IMG/VR virus record: IMGVR_UViG_3300037067_007633
Span: 64,001 to 128,000 of that record
Strand: one strand, 5' to 3'
Length of the DNA stretch: 64,000 nucleotides
DNA from: a virus
Lineage: Duplodnaviria > Caudoviricetes
Position numbers and translations under genes: made by a program. The notes under the pieces are model-generated. The model did no database searches and was not told the DNA's origin. It worked only from the letters and a program-made list of their open reading frames with translations. Below, piece by piece: positions 8,901 through 20,300 of the stretch; within the stretch, counting starts at the first letter, position 1; each line of letters begins with the position of its first letter.

Positions 8901-10747
8901 AATCTCAGGGTTTAAATGCAGATATTATATACAACGAAGTTTTTCTAAATCAAAAAAAACTTATAGATTTTCAAGTCCAATATACTCAAGCAGTAATTAA
9001 AGCTAATAACGCTGTAGAGTATTCAATAACACGTATTAATAATTTAGCAGATTCTTTTTCATATATTACTGAACAAGCTGAATATTTTGATAATAGATTA
9101 GAGCGACTTTCTGATGTAATGTCCACTTCTACAAAAACTTACAAAGTAGATACTTATGGATCTTCAACATTAAAATATCCTAATATTAATCCTGCTGGTG
9201 CTGCCAGTATGGCTAATACTTTATTGGGTGGCGGTCAAATAGCATCTATTGGACAACAAGCAACTTTAATAAAGGGTATATTACCTGGAATTATAGAACA
9301 ATTAGGAAAAGAAAATAAGATACAGGGAGCGGAAGGTGCTGCTAATACTGGTAGTGAATTATTTAATCGTTTATATGTAGAATTAGAAAGAGTACTTCCA
9401 GGTCAAAGTATTAATAGAGATTTACTTACAACGGTTACTAATAATATTGAAAAATCTATTTCTTCGGGTCGCCAATCTGATTTTGGTGCATTAACTCATA
9501 ATCCACAAGAATTAGCTAAAAGGGGTACTGAAGGCGTTATAGATAGTTTTAATGAATCCTTATTAAAATTAGCTAATCAAATTGAAAAAGCCCAATCAAA
9601 ATATATGGAAATTCTAAATGAAGGAAATAAAATACGTGATAAAATTACGGAACAAAGAGAAGTTACTTTACAAAAAGGGTTTGGGTTTACTGCTGAAAAT
9701 CGTAAAACTGGATATGAATTAGGATTAATAAATTCTCAGTTTGTGACACCAAACGAAGCCAGAAGTAACTTTGCTATTACTCAGCAAAATTTGGGTGTAA
9801 AACCAGGACAAGAAAATAATGTTAATTATATAACTAGTAGGATGAATGCTTTATCAGAATCTACATCACAATTAGACCTTGCTTTTAGATCAATACAATA
9901 TGATCCTAAAAATATTGGTGAAGCTGAAAAATTAGCACAGCAAATTAACAATAATAATGCTGTTATGGCTGATTTTAATAAAGCCCTATTAAATTGTGCA
10001 AATAGTACTGAGGTTTTATCTACAATTCAAGGAAGATTAGGAGAATTAGAAAAAGCTAGAAGTGCTGCCTTTGGAGTGTGGATGGGTAAATTAGGTATGA
10101 CTAGATCAGAAAGAATTAAAGCTGAAAGAGAAGATGAAGTTAGAAACCGAGTTTTTAAAGAAGGAATTAATCCTGAAAGTTTAAGTATTAGAGAACAAAA
10201 TATGTTGTCAAGATCTTTAGGTAGAACTGGAGGATTATTAAATAATACTAATCCTCAATGGACTAATGAACAAGCGATGAAGTCTATGTTTAATAGAACT
10301 AATCAATTACCTCAAGAACAAACAAACTTATATGGGCAGAAAAAAAATGCAGAATCAGATATTATTAATGCTAACAAAGCTATTGAAGGAAGATATGGAA
10401 AAGCATATATAGAATACAATCAAATGCTAAAAGCTAGATCTGGATTTATTCAACAGAATTTGCAATCACAACAGGCAACATTTAATATCGCGGAGTTTAA
10501 TGTGGGTGTAGGTAATTTTTCTTCTGCTGTAAACAATTTTGTTACTAAAGGGGATGAAATTGCAACCAAGTTAGCTTCTGCAAAAGATATGAATGTAACC
10601 GCAACACACAAAATAGAAGTTAATGTTTTAGGTCTTGCTGGAATTAGTGACGTTATGCAAAAGATTGCAACCGATGCGGTTAATAAGGCACTTGGAATGA
10701 AGAACAAGGCATTAAATCAAGATAAACCTGCGTCTATGGTGAGTTAA
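5924..10747 (+). CDS. tail tape measure protein
   Basis: 1607 aa, mostly helical; TP901-type core (AVRQTTRLTAETIATGMNTIFARM, LEELGI), GG..PG.G.TD.VPALLTPGEFV motif, hydrophobic Gly/Ala segments; canonical position. Confidence 0.9.
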   Translation: MAKEFVLTTRLRLLGPETAQIDSVLNTITDRIRAKTVSLGVVIDPNSIAMVSQLNSQLKATVGTMNQLKSTGSTVSNSFSTISNAVNQTTVATKKATSSQNEFNSSMEQFGHLSALAIRRNLAFTITAFAVYGVGRSLHTAVGEAIMFDREMVKLRQLSSESDVVLKGVESTISQLSMSLGVSSNALIKTSNTLIQAGYSVGDTKVMMDALAKTTLAPTFGDIKNTTEGLIAILHQFNLKAYQSEQILGSINKVAADYAMESSDVIEAAKRSGSIFSSLGGNFNEFIGILTAVRQTTRLTAETIATGMNTIFARMQRPATLRMLEELGIKLQDVNAAGQKMFVGPMESIRRISDGLKNIDPRTELYSKVIDELGGIRQLKVVIPMIRQRVLAEEAMQKSMDGTSSLSKDVVESQKALSIQFDKVKEKFLDMTRTFVEGGTFRSLATGAMTFARALIDVANALQTIAPLLAVLGGVSLVNSGFKFMGGQGFLRTFTGKKAATGGMIPGTGDTDTVPALLTPGEFVIRKSAVKAIGRGPLEQLNRYASGGIVTGGRYNYGVKDPDFIVDSSGIIQKINLPTIISQPKVSTDSLINKKRYNNNQDIINRDIAIRSQINSISRTISMMNNTKMSKRDLDRYVVESGQASDYITSSGKSDYSKSSGWFGGLKRLAIEEEQRKYGDFSNSPYLSNTPQAQTRQRRGFFNSMGLRLKQFGRNMNFVGGNVPTINTSGGVSQSIGGGNGTSLSGGGFSGGRAMMVGLGLSMLSSVGTANISNENPRAKGAFAGLSTGLATTGSIAMMSGGNPIILIGAALAGLAHGVYAYTRSIKESNDELKRVDIEKSFINLTKHLESFQKSGKWTSEGGESLNTAVNKVQQRISEYQLKFSDKTIDKQAVLARYGAGSDFMGAAVPKGNFLMSGDIEELTKKYQENKDQFTKNGTLDIVNSDIERRIASGSIKNIKDLGNLKDVGGAYKEIFLTKHMTAEQRAGAEGLKSQGLNADIIYNEVFLNQKKLIDFQVQYTQAVIKANNAVEYSITRINNLADSFSYITEQAEYFDNRLERLSDVMSTSTKTYKVDTYGSSTLKYPNINPAGAASMANTLLGGGQIASIGQQATLIKGILPGIIEQLGKENKIQGAEGAANTGSELFNRLYVELERVLPGQSINRDLLTTVTNNIEKSISSGRQSDFGALTHNPQELAKRGTEGVIDSFNESLLKLANQIEKAQSKYMEILNEGNKIRDKITEQREVTLQKGFGFTAENRKTGYELGLINSQFVTPNEARSNFAITQQNLGVKPGQENNVNYITSRMNALSESTSQLDLAFRSIQYDPKNIGEAEKLAQQINNNNAVMADFNKALLNCANSTEVLSTIQGRLGELEKARSAAFGVWMGKLGMTRSERIKAEREDEVRNRVFKEGINPESLSIREQNMLSRSLGRTGGLLNNTNPQWTNEQAMKSMFNRTNQLPQEQTNLYGQKKNAESDIINANKAIEGRYGKAYIEYNQMLKARSGFIQQNLQSQQATFNIAEFNVGVGNFSSAVNNFVTKGDEIATKLASAKDMNVTATHKIEVNVLGLAGISDVMQKIATDAVNKALGMKNKALNQDKPASMVS

Positions 10748-10748
10748 T

Positions 10749-11489
10749 ATGGCTATTAGAAGTTGGTCAAATTTTACTGTAGATGAATTTGGTAGTTTTA
10801 CAACTACTGAATGGGATGGTTTTTTACTAGATCCAACAAGTGGTGTTTATGATGGATACGAAGGATATGTTTATGGGACCGGATATATTGAAGGAGATTT
10901 TTATACATCTAAATTATTAAGCGGAAATATTGCTGGAACTGGATATTTTAGTTCCGATATTTCTTTAGATAAAAATTTTGGCGGTGTTTGTTCTGGAGAG
11001 GTATTTTTTGAATCTTTTATGGAAATTAATAGGCAATTTGAGGGAAATATTAGTGGGTATTTGAATATTTTAGGTAATTTCAAATTATCTGATAGTGGCA
11101 GTTTAGCATTAACGACATATTGTGTTATGGAACAATATGATTATATATCATTATATATTAATTCTAATCCTTTAATTGCCGATAATCAAATTCCATTATT
11201 TTTATGTAATTATAATTCATATAATAATCTTGACCTTATAATTAAAGGCGATGGAGATATTCAGGGATCTATACCATTTGATGATTATATAACATTATTT
11301 ATTGGAAATAACCATTTAATCAATAATTCATTTTCCCTATTTATAAAATCATATATAGAATCTACAACGGGAAATTTAGATATGTTTATAAAATCAGCAA
11401 ATGTTGTAAGTAGTGGGTTGGATTTATTAATAGGTTCTTCATCAGATGAAATAAACTACAATTTATCATTATTTTGTTATGGATATTAA
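10749..11489 (+). CDS. putative virion structural protein
   Basis: 246 aa, acidic/aromatic, repeated L-x-L-F-I segments; follows tape measure gene. Confidence 0.5.
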   Translation: MAIRSWSNFTVDEFGSFTTTEWDGFLLDPTSGVYDGYEGYVYGTGYIEGDFYTSKLLSGNIAGTGYFSSDISLDKNFGGVCSGEVFFESFMEINRQFEGNISGYLNILGNFKLSDSGSLALTTYCVMEQYDYISLYINSNPLIADNQIPLFLCNYNSYNNLDLIIKGDGDIQGSIPFDDYITLFIGNNHLINNSFSLFIKSYIESTTGNLDMFIKSANVVSSGLDLLIGSSSDEINYNLSLFCYGY

Positions 11490-12988
11490 TTATGACAGTT
11501 ATATATGATGGCAAAAAAATAATTCCAGCACCATTAGTAGATATTAGTAAAGAATATACTAAATCTAACGATGGAACTATTATTGGTGCTAATTTTACTA
11601 TTACGCTAAATGGTAAATTGTTTCCATGCAAAGGTTCTCCAAAAATAGACGGAACCTTTTATGACGGTGCTGGATATCCAGCCGACGAAACTACGTCAGA
11701 CACTTTTCAAGCTTTGATGCAAAAAACAGACGCTTTACGTCGTCTATTTAGTAATCACGGTAGGGCTTTAGAATTTCAATCTTACTATGGTAGTAATCCA
11801 ATAAAATGTTATCCAAAAATTAAAGATATAAAATTTCCAGAAGGACAATGGGTAAATGTGTTACCTTATACAGTTACTTTTGAAGCTCCGTTTGTTTATG
11901 GTGCATTAATAGGAGATAGTGAAGATTTAGGAAAATCAGAATTTTTTGGTTTAAATGGAATTAAGCTTTTATTATTAGATGCTAGTGAAGACTGGAGTAT
12001 TGAAGAAAACGAAGCAATATATGATATTGCAACGAGACATCCGACTTATAAAGTTTCCCATAGTATTAAAGCTGTAGGAAAAGACGCTTTTGATGGAAGT
12101 GGAAGTTTAGGTAAAGGATGGCAACACGCCAAATTATGGGTTGATTCTAAGTTAGGATTAAATAATACTGATTTAAGTTACAATGATTTAAATATGCCGA
12201 TTTGTTATAATGGTTTTAATCACATTAGAGTAAATTCTTTAGATAAATTTGGTGGTTCTTATACTGTTAATGAGGCGTGGATATTAGCAAGCGGTGGGGC
12301 TACTGAAGACTTTAGTGTCTCACTTAAAAAATCCACAGAAAATAATCTAAATGTTGTTACTGTTGATGGTTCTATTAACGGTTTAGAACAAAGGTCTTTG
12401 GATTATTCTAATATTTTATGTACTAAATGGGGCAACGCTTTATCAAGATGGAATATATTATATGGTAGCGGTTTAAGTAATACAATTTACAATAGGGCTT
12501 TAACATATGTTGGATTGACGTGGCTTAATCCAGAACCTTTAAATACAACAATTGGAAAAAATCCAACAATAGGAACCATAAGTTATTCTTTTGAATATAA
12601 TGATAGACCATCCAGGTTTATTACAAATTCATTAGCCGAAAGTATTCAAATACACAATACTTATCCAGCCAATGTTTATGCTAAAATTCCCGTACTTGGT
12701 AGGGTTGCTGGTCCAGTATTACAAGATATTGGAAGTATAACAGAAAGAAGAAGGTCAATTTCTATTGAAGTTGTTATGCCAATTTATAGTGGTACTTTGC
12801 CAAATACTGTTGTTGGTATGACGGAAATGATTAATGCTGCACCCACAGGACAAATCAATATTTTAATACAAGCCTGTTATGATGGATTAAAAAATACATA
12901 TGCCCAGGTTTTTAAAGATGAAGATAGCGATGATTGGAATCCTTTTAATGGACATTATACTAGAAATACTGCTTGGACGTATCAATAA
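11474..12988 (+). CDS. putative distal tail/tail-tip protein
   Basis: About 500-aa beta-rich ORF after tape measure; true start probably ATG near 11492 (MTVIYDG). Confidence 0.55.
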   Translation: MLWILIMTVIYDGKKIIPAPLVDISKEYTKSNDGTIIGANFTITLNGKLFPCKGSPKIDGTFYDGAGYPADETTSDTFQALMQKTDALRRLFSNHGRALEFQSYYGSNPIKCYPKIKDIKFPEGQWVNVLPYTVTFEAPFVYGALIGDSEDLGKSEFFGLNGIKLLLLDASEDWSIEENEAIYDIATRHPTYKVSHSIKAVGKDAFDGSGSLGKGWQHAKLWVDSKLGLNNTDLSYNDLNMPICYNGFNHIRVNSLDKFGGSYTVNEAWILASGGATEDFSVSLKKSTENNLNVVTVDGSINGLEQRSLDYSNILCTKWGNALSRWNILYGSGLSNTIYNRALTYVGLTWLNPEPLNTTIGKNPTIGTISYSFEYNDRPSRFITNSLAESIQIHNTYPANVYAKIPVLGRVAGPVLQDIGSITERRRSISIEVVMPIYSGTLPNTVVGMTEMINAAPTGQINILIQACYDGLKNTYAQVFKDEDSDDWNPFNGHYTRNTAWTYQ

Positions 12989-13009
12989 TACAATGGAAAA
13001 TAATATATA

Positions 13010-16000
13010 ATGCCTACACTAGACTCTACTATAATTGGACCTTTTACACACACATTATTTTTAGGTGCTAGTATTACTAAGTTTTCAGCCAACATTGGTT
13101 GGAATAGTAGTCCTAGTGAGGTTACTATTGAATTGGTAGAAGATACTAAGCCTGGAATTAAAACATATTATAATGGTTATGGAAATTCTTGCGTTCACAG
13201 TGGACCAGACAGATTTAATCCCCCCGCTTTAGGTTCGCCGGTATATTTTAAATTTGGTGTTTTTGAATTTATGGGGATTTTACAAAACTGGCAAGAAAGA
13301 GATGGGTCGGACGGAAAACTCTATACAGTAAAAATAAATAGTCCACACGATATATTAGAGGGGACACATATACTATTAGACGCTTATAGCGGTCCCGTTT
13401 ATAATATTCCTAACATTATTAATGTTTTTGGATATCTAGAAAGTTCTGGTACTTATTTAAGTCCAACAAAACCAATTAATGTTGATGATGAAGTTGAAGC
13501 AATAGTTGGATATGAAATCTCTACAGGTTTTGGTGGTGCTAGAAAAAATTCTGTTGGAATTCCTTGGATAAATATTAGAGACTCTTTATCTAACATTATC
13601 AACAATATGACTTTTGGAGATATTCAAAAAAGTAGTTGGAATATATCTAAAAGAGAAGATAATAAATATGGAAGTTGTTTAGCTTTACGTGACCATACAT
13701 ATATTTTTGACGTTACTTCATTACCAGTTTTAGATAATTCCCTAAGATTTAGTGAAGAATCTCTAACATTATTAGATTTAATTACCAAAGTATGTGAATA
13801 TTGTGGGGCAGACTTTTTTGTTGAATTGGTTTTAGTTGCAAATCCGACTATGACAGGGGCGATTTATAGAACATCTAATACAATTGATGATAATCCTTAT
13901 CCAGAAGGGTCTGTGTATTGGGCTAATTATTTTGCGGGGCACATTCCAACCGACGGTGTTTTAAAATTTGTTAAAGTATTTCCTGTTACTAGATTAGACC
14001 AACCAGCACCCGCTCAATTATTAGATTCAAGCATAGGCTCTCCCGTCACGCTAAGGCTAGACAATCTAGGGGCTATTACCTCTGCTATTAATAAATATGC
14101 TATACCAATGTCTAATCGTAATCGCGGATTAGAATTTAGAAACGAAACCACAAATTGTTTTCTTGTTGGAGATTATAGAGAAGATATATGGCAAGTATTT
14201 TGTGATAGCGGTGTTGAAGTTGGTATTCCTACTGGTATTATTACTGTTTTAAATGGAGTACAAATTAGTGGTGTTAGATCATATCGTAATGGCAATATAT
14301 ATGACGATGCCATTTTTCCATATTGGGGGAAAAACGATGATGGTGTACCAAATTATTCTGAAAAGTTAGCAAGTGAGCATGTAGTCACCTTAGATTTAAA
14401 AGGTAAGTTTGATGAACGCCTGACTGTTAAAATATTACAATATTGTGATAATGGCTTATATATGTTAGGTGCATCAGAAATGTCAGCTTTATTAACTGGA
14501 AGTAAGGATGTATGGGAGGCTATTGTACAAGGGAAAAATTATCCATATTCAACACAACAAAAATTATACATTGGAGAAAAAGACAATGATGGAAATGTCA
14601 TAAGTAAGGGTATTGGATATATTAATGCTTTTGGTGCAAATGAATGGTTTGGAAAAACATTGTGGTTAAAAAATGGTAAAGGTAAACCTTATTATGTTCA
14701 TATGACAAATAATGAATCTGCTTATAATGCTGGCTTAATTTCTGCCGGTGGCATAAGTGAAGATTTTGTTAGTATGGAAGATACAATATTTGAATATTTA
14801 AAAAGTATTGTCAGTACATATTATGGTAAAAAATTTATGGTAAAACTACCAAGTGATGCTTGTGGTATAGTGTTAAGTGATGAACCATTTTCTATTAAAA
14901 CTAACTATGATGTTATTGATTCTGCATGGACTAATTTTGATACAGTTTTAGGATTAAATAATAACGAATTACCATTGTCTATTTTTAAGAATGAAGAAGA
15001 TGGTAAAATACAATGTTTTGTACATGTTCAAGCACCTACTGGTTCTGTAGATTTAAGTATGTTGAGCAAAGAAGATTATTATTTAAGAACTGGTGGTGAT
15101 GGATATATAAAAGCAGATGTTGAAGAAATAGTTTTTATAGATATTAGTGGAATGAATTATCCTAGAGCGGTAATATCATTACCACAACCAATTTTCCCAT
15201 TTGATATTTTTCTACAAAAAAATACAATAACTGGTGATGTGTACGTTAAACGAGACTGGAGAAGTGCTGCAAGTGATGAATTAGGTGTTAGTTTAATATT
15301 TGGTCCGGGGCAAGATACTGCTAATACTTATCCATTTATGCCATTTCCTTTAACTCCTAATGCTGTAGCGTTGCCATTAAGAAATAATATGGCTTGTTAT
15401 GGTCCGTGGTATGCTAATAATGGTAATATTGGAGCTATAGGCAAAACTGAATTTATAAGAGATACTAATTTAGTTCCATGGAATTTTGGAAGTGACGAAT
15501 TAATGAATGTTGCTGGACAAACACAGGTATCATCTAGAATAATGCAACATCAACTTTCAGAAGTTGGCGGATTTACTATGCCTGGTGCTCCAATTATTAG
15601 TTTAGGAAGAACTATTATTAATAATGGTCCACAAGTAACCAATTTAGATGTTTCTGTTGGTAGTGACGGTGTTCAAACTACTTATCAAATGAGAACATTT
15701 ACACCTAACTATGGTAGTTTTGCTAAAGCTAAATTAGATCAAATGTCTAAAGTTGGTAAGGATAATTCAAAATATTCTAGAATGTTACAACAAGCACGTT
15801 ATGATGAAATTGTTAATAGGAAGAATGTTAATGTTGCGGGAATTAGTGTTTGGAGTAAATCAGATAGGTTTTCTAGGTCATCTTCAAGTAATTTTCTTAC
15901 CGCCTCTGCTGAAAAAGCATATATTCCTAATGGGTCATACTATAATAACGAAGGAGTATATGTTGAAGGTGTTGGATTAGTTGATTGGACAACATTTAAT

Positions 16001-17392
16001 GGTAGTGGTGAATTAGTTGAAACTAGTGGAGTTTCTAATGTTGTTGTACAGACAGATTTGAGAAAGGGAATTCCAGATTTATGTGGTCACGATAATAATA
16101 TGTATTTAAAGAAGGCTGGAATTGAACAGATTGGGTTGTTTAGACCGTACACAACACTTTCTGGTTCCCTATCTAATATGGCTGAAATGCCTATTTCAAC
16201 AGTAGTGGAAGGTAGTATCAGCGGGTGGTGTCCAGATGGTACTTATACAGATACAACAAATAATAATATTTCCCATTTTGGTATTCCTCCTCTTTATTCT
16301 GGTTATTTTCCACCTATTTGTGCTACTACCCTTAATCCATTTTTAGTTCCAGTTTCAGGAAAAACTCGTGGGGGATGGCAATTAACTTCTGGAGTTGATG
16401 CTGCCGGTCATGATATAGACTATGTTGTTAGAGATAGCGGTTTTCCATCTGATTTAGCTATTCTTCCTACTAATGATTATAGTCAATATGATTGGTATAG
16501 GGCTGTTGGATTTAAATTACCAATGGTTTTAGTAGGTTGGGGATATGATATTGATGGGCGTCCTGTTCCTAATGCTAAAGTAGATGCTTCCGGAAGAGGA
16601 ATGACACAATATTTTGAAGATGATTGGTTAAGAAAACCACAAAATTGGAAGGCTGGTCCATTAGATGTAAGATGGGATCAAGAAAGGGGTGTTTGGGCAC
16701 CACCACAATTACAAACCATGGTAAGAATTCAATGTACTCAAGATTATAATGATTCTAGGGAAACTTTTAGAGCAGAAATGCAAAATATTCCTAGTGGTTA
16801 TGCTTATGATAAAGATGGAAATAGATTACAATATCCTTGGATTGAAGTTTACAACCCATGGAAACAAGCTATTTGTAGCGGAATGGTTGGGTGGGCATAT
16901 TATAATCCAAACTTAGACATTGCTAGTAATGGATATAAATTATCTAAACACCAAAAATATGAATTAGTCAAAATTGAATCTCCTATTGCTACTCTTTATA
17001 CTACTGGTGGTGGTAGTGGTACAATATATTCATTAACAATGTCTCCACCAAATGCTAGTGTAGATTTATCTAGATGGCACACCGTCAAAATATTGAATGC
17101 CCCAGATGTTAGTGGTTATTATATTACAGCACAATTAACAAGTATATTAGCAGATATTAATCCAAGTTTAAGTGGACACTTAGTTTTTGTTCCAACCGAT
17201 TTTCCAACTCCTATTGAAGGGGCAAGAATGATTTCTGCTTTAGAAGCTAGGTTTGATAGAACCGGAGATATAAGAACAATTAGAAATTCTTTAAATGTTG
17301 CTGTTGGATTTAAAGTTAATATTCAATGGAATGGTAATGAGTGGATTACTGTTAATACTGAAGGTTACAACACCCCAATATTAGGATTATAA
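13010..17392 (+). CDS. large tail hub/baseplate-type protein
   Basis: 1460 aa, beta-rich, tail-tip position; function by gene order. Confidence 0.55.
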   Translation: MPTLDSTIIGPFTHTLFLGASITKFSANIGWNSSPSEVTIELVEDTKPGIKTYYNGYGNSCVHSGPDRFNPPALGSPVYFKFGVFEFMGILQNWQERDGSDGKLYTVKINSPHDILEGTHILLDAYSGPVYNIPNIINVFGYLESSGTYLSPTKPINVDDEVEAIVGYEISTGFGGARKNSVGIPWINIRDSLSNIINNMTFGDIQKSSWNISKREDNKYGSCLALRDHTYIFDVTSLPVLDNSLRFSEESLTLLDLITKVCEYCGADFFVELVLVANPTMTGAIYRTSNTIDDNPYPEGSVYWANYFAGHIPTDGVLKFVKVFPVTRLDQPAPAQLLDSSIGSPVTLRLDNLGAITSAINKYAIPMSNRNRGLEFRNETTNCFLVGDYREDIWQVFCDSGVEVGIPTGIITVLNGVQISGVRSYRNGNIYDDAIFPYWGKNDDGVPNYSEKLASEHVVTLDLKGKFDERLTVKILQYCDNGLYMLGASEMSALLTGSKDVWEAIVQGKNYPYSTQQKLYIGEKDNDGNVISKGIGYINAFGANEWFGKTLWLKNGKGKPYYVHMTNNESAYNAGLISAGGISEDFVSMEDTIFEYLKSIVSTYYGKKFMVKLPSDACGIVLSDEPFSIKTNYDVIDSAWTNFDTVLGLNNNELPLSIFKNEEDGKIQCFVHVQAPTGSVDLSMLSKEDYYLRTGGDGYIKADVEEIVFIDISGMNYPRAVISLPQPIFPFDIFLQKNTITGDVYVKRDWRSAASDELGVSLIFGPGQDTANTYPFMPFPLTPNAVALPLRNNMACYGPWYANNGNIGAIGKTEFIRDTNLVPWNFGSDELMNVAGQTQVSSRIMQHQLSEVGGFTMPGAPIISLGRTIINNGPQVTNLDVSVGSDGVQTTYQMRTFTPNYGSFAKAKLDQMSKVGKDNSKYSRMLQQARYDEIVNRKNVNVAGISVWSKSDRFSRSSSSNFLTASAEKAYIPNGSYYNNEGVYVEGVGLVDWTTFNGSGELVETSGVSNVVVQTDLRKGIPDLCGHDNNMYLKKAGIEQIGLFRPYTTLSGSLSNMAEMPISTVVEGSISGWCPDGTYTDTTNNNISHFGIPPLYSGYFPPICATTLNPFLVPVSGKTRGGWQLTSGVDAAGHDIDYVVRDSGFPSDLAILPTNDYSQYDWYRAVGFKLPMVLVGWGYDIDGRPVPNAKVDASGRGMTQYFEDDWLRKPQNWKAGPLDVRWDQERGVWAPPQLQTMVRIQCTQDYNDSRETFRAEMQNIPSGYAYDKDGNRLQYPWIEVYNPWKQAICSGMVGWAYYNPNLDIASNGYKLSKHQKYELVKIESPIATLYTTGGGSGTIYSLTMSPPNASVDLSRWHTVKILNAPDVSGYYITAQLTSILADINPSLSGHLVFVPTDFPTPIEGARMISALEARFDRTGDIRTIRNSLNVAVGFKVNIQWNGNEWITVNTEGYNTPILGL

Positions 17393-20300
17393 TGACTACT
17401 GCTAGTGGATATCATCGTTTTGATTCTTCATTAACAGGACTATTAACTATTTATAGTCTTGGTGATAATGATCCAATTTATAAAAACGATTTGTGGTTTC
17501 AGTGTAATGGAATACCTTTGATGGATTCTTTTGATTTTCCAAGCGGATTTAATTATACTAATCCGTCAACTGGATTATGGAGGGTTGATTCTGGAGATTG
17601 GAAAGTTGTAAAACCTGGAAGTGGTGACGGTGATGGAGTTTTAAGAACCAGTGATGCTGGAGCTAGTATTTCTTTTTATAATAATTATCCTAGTCCCGGT
17701 TGTTTTTTTGGAACATGTGTTATTAGTTATGTAGACAATGATTTACCAACTAATGGAAGTAGTAGTTATGAAAGAACACTATTTAGTATTAATAATTTAG
17801 ATTGTAAATTATTAGGACACGATTTATATGCACAATATATAAATAAAAATAATAGTAATATATTAGAAGACCCAGAAGATGAGTCTACTTTGGTTGCAGC
17901 GTTGATTTCTAGAGATACTGGTGCTGCCATTGGTGTTGGTTTAGGATATTTAAGCCAAGGAATACTTTTAGAGTATCAACAATGGAATAGCGAAAGATCT
18001 TTTTTGACTATACGTACTATATCTGAATCACATTACTTTACTAATAATGTTAATTCATATAAAGAACCAGTACAAGAAAATTTTAATTTTGTAATTGGAG
18101 ATGGCTTTGTTCATCCTAGTGGATATTTTACTATTAAAGAAATAAAATATACAAAGCCTGCATATAATGGACAAAAATATAACCCAATATTTAATGATGG
18201 TTCTACATATAGTATACATAATTCTTATAGTGATAGTAAAATATATCGACCGATTAATTATAAAATTGGACCAAATTATGGATTATTAGACAGTGGAAAT
18301 AATATATCTGCTATTGAAGTTACTTTAGGCGGTTTTTCAGATGTTACTAATCCACACCCTGGATTAAAAGGGTTTTTTACTCACGGTGATTGGACGATAG
18401 TACCAACAATTATGGGAAATAGTACTGGACAATGTATAAAATTCGGTGAAGAAGAAGAACTTTCTGTAAGAATAGATCCTGTTTGTTCAATTAGCGGTGG
18501 AGTTGGTGCAGGAGGATTTTATTTTAATGGGACAGAGGGGGAAATGTCTTCCCACACTTATTCAGAAATACCTGGATGGCTTCCGTGTACTGGCATATAT
18601 ATGAATGTGAATTATATACAATCTGCTGTAGCGTTCGTTCTTAATTCAGATGGCACAGTAAAAAATGTTACCTTGCCGGTTTCAGGAGATATCGTTAGAG
18701 TTACACTAGTTTCCAGTGGGGATTGTTATTATAGTCACGGCGTATTATTAGATAGTGATACTAAAGAACAACTTACTTCAGTAGATGAATTGTTGATTGG
18801 AATGGTTGTTGTTCGCCCTGGTCGTGGTGGATGTACGGAAGAATGGGTTTTAGATTGTTATAATCCACCAGCTTATCCACACAAACTGGTTAGAAAAAAC
18901 TGTTGTAATCCTGTCGCTACTGGTAGGTGTGATGATGACTTATGTAACTATGGTTTTCCTGGAAGTATTGCGTATTATTCTTATTTTGGTAGTTATTTAG
19001 GAACACCTATTACTGATAGTATATACGCTTTTCCCGGATTAGCTGCTCAAGTTAATGGTACTCATATAGTTCCATTTAGTGGTTATAGTGTTGGTATATC
19101 TAGTTTATTAATAGCTAGCGGTCAATCCGACAATCAATTTTGTTGTATTCCTAATAATAGTTGTGTTGATCAACATATATATTTACACGTTTACTTACAA
19201 AATAATGTATCAAGTGCTACTGCAAATGTAAATACAGGAAGTATCTCAAGAAATATAGATGTCATATTAGATGCTACAAATACAGATTTGTCTTTTTTTG
19301 ACAATTCAATTTTTACTAATGTAAGTTTTTTTAAAACGTATAGTAGGACTGGACCATATTTAGAATTAACTGATAGTTCAAGAAATTCACCTGTTTATTT
19401 TACATTTGATGGTACTTCTGTTTCAATTCCATCTTTTAGATATATAACACCATCTAAAGAGGTAGAATTTCCCGCAGCAACAATTGAAATTCCATCTGGT
19501 GTTTTTGGATATAACAATATTCGATTTCAAATTTTTGGTATGGTAGATAAAGCAGAAGATGATTTTGGTATAATAAAGGGATTTTATACATCATTTTATA
19601 GTGAGGGTGGGCTTATGCCACCCAGTTCTTTAGTTCGTTTGGTTTCATTTGAACCAGATAGTTATGAAGCATTGTATGAAGAAACTGGTGGATATTTAGA
19701 GTGTTATCCAGATCCTTTGGTATCAGACGCTCTTTATACATCCCAATATATTGATGGATATGCTCATGGAACTTTTAGAGTTGGAACACCATATACTACT
19801 TTATCTAATGATAAATTGTCTATTTATGTTAGCGGATTAAAATATTATGACAAAAATAATATTTGGCATAAAAATTTGCCAACATGGTATGATATTCCAG
19901 TTAATCTAGCTACTGGTATTCATAAGGTTTATATGAATGAAGACAATGAATTTACAACGGGTTCAACTAATTCATATAATTTAAGTGTTGATAATAGTAG
20001 TTTCAACACTGAAGATCATATTGCTATTTGTGATTTAGTAATAAATGATAGAATAACTAATGTAAGTGGATTATGTATTACACTACAACCATATCAAGAT
20101 AAATTAAATTATAGATTTTTGAGTCCTATAGACGCCGCTAGATTCATAGTATTTAGTGGTTGTGGCATTCAGGATATATATTCTACACACACATATTCTT
20201 CAAATAGCAATTATCCTTATAATTTATTATATGAAAGTATTTCTGGAATTCCTATTACAGTATGGACTGGTTCCGGTAATAATGATAGTGTAAAATATTT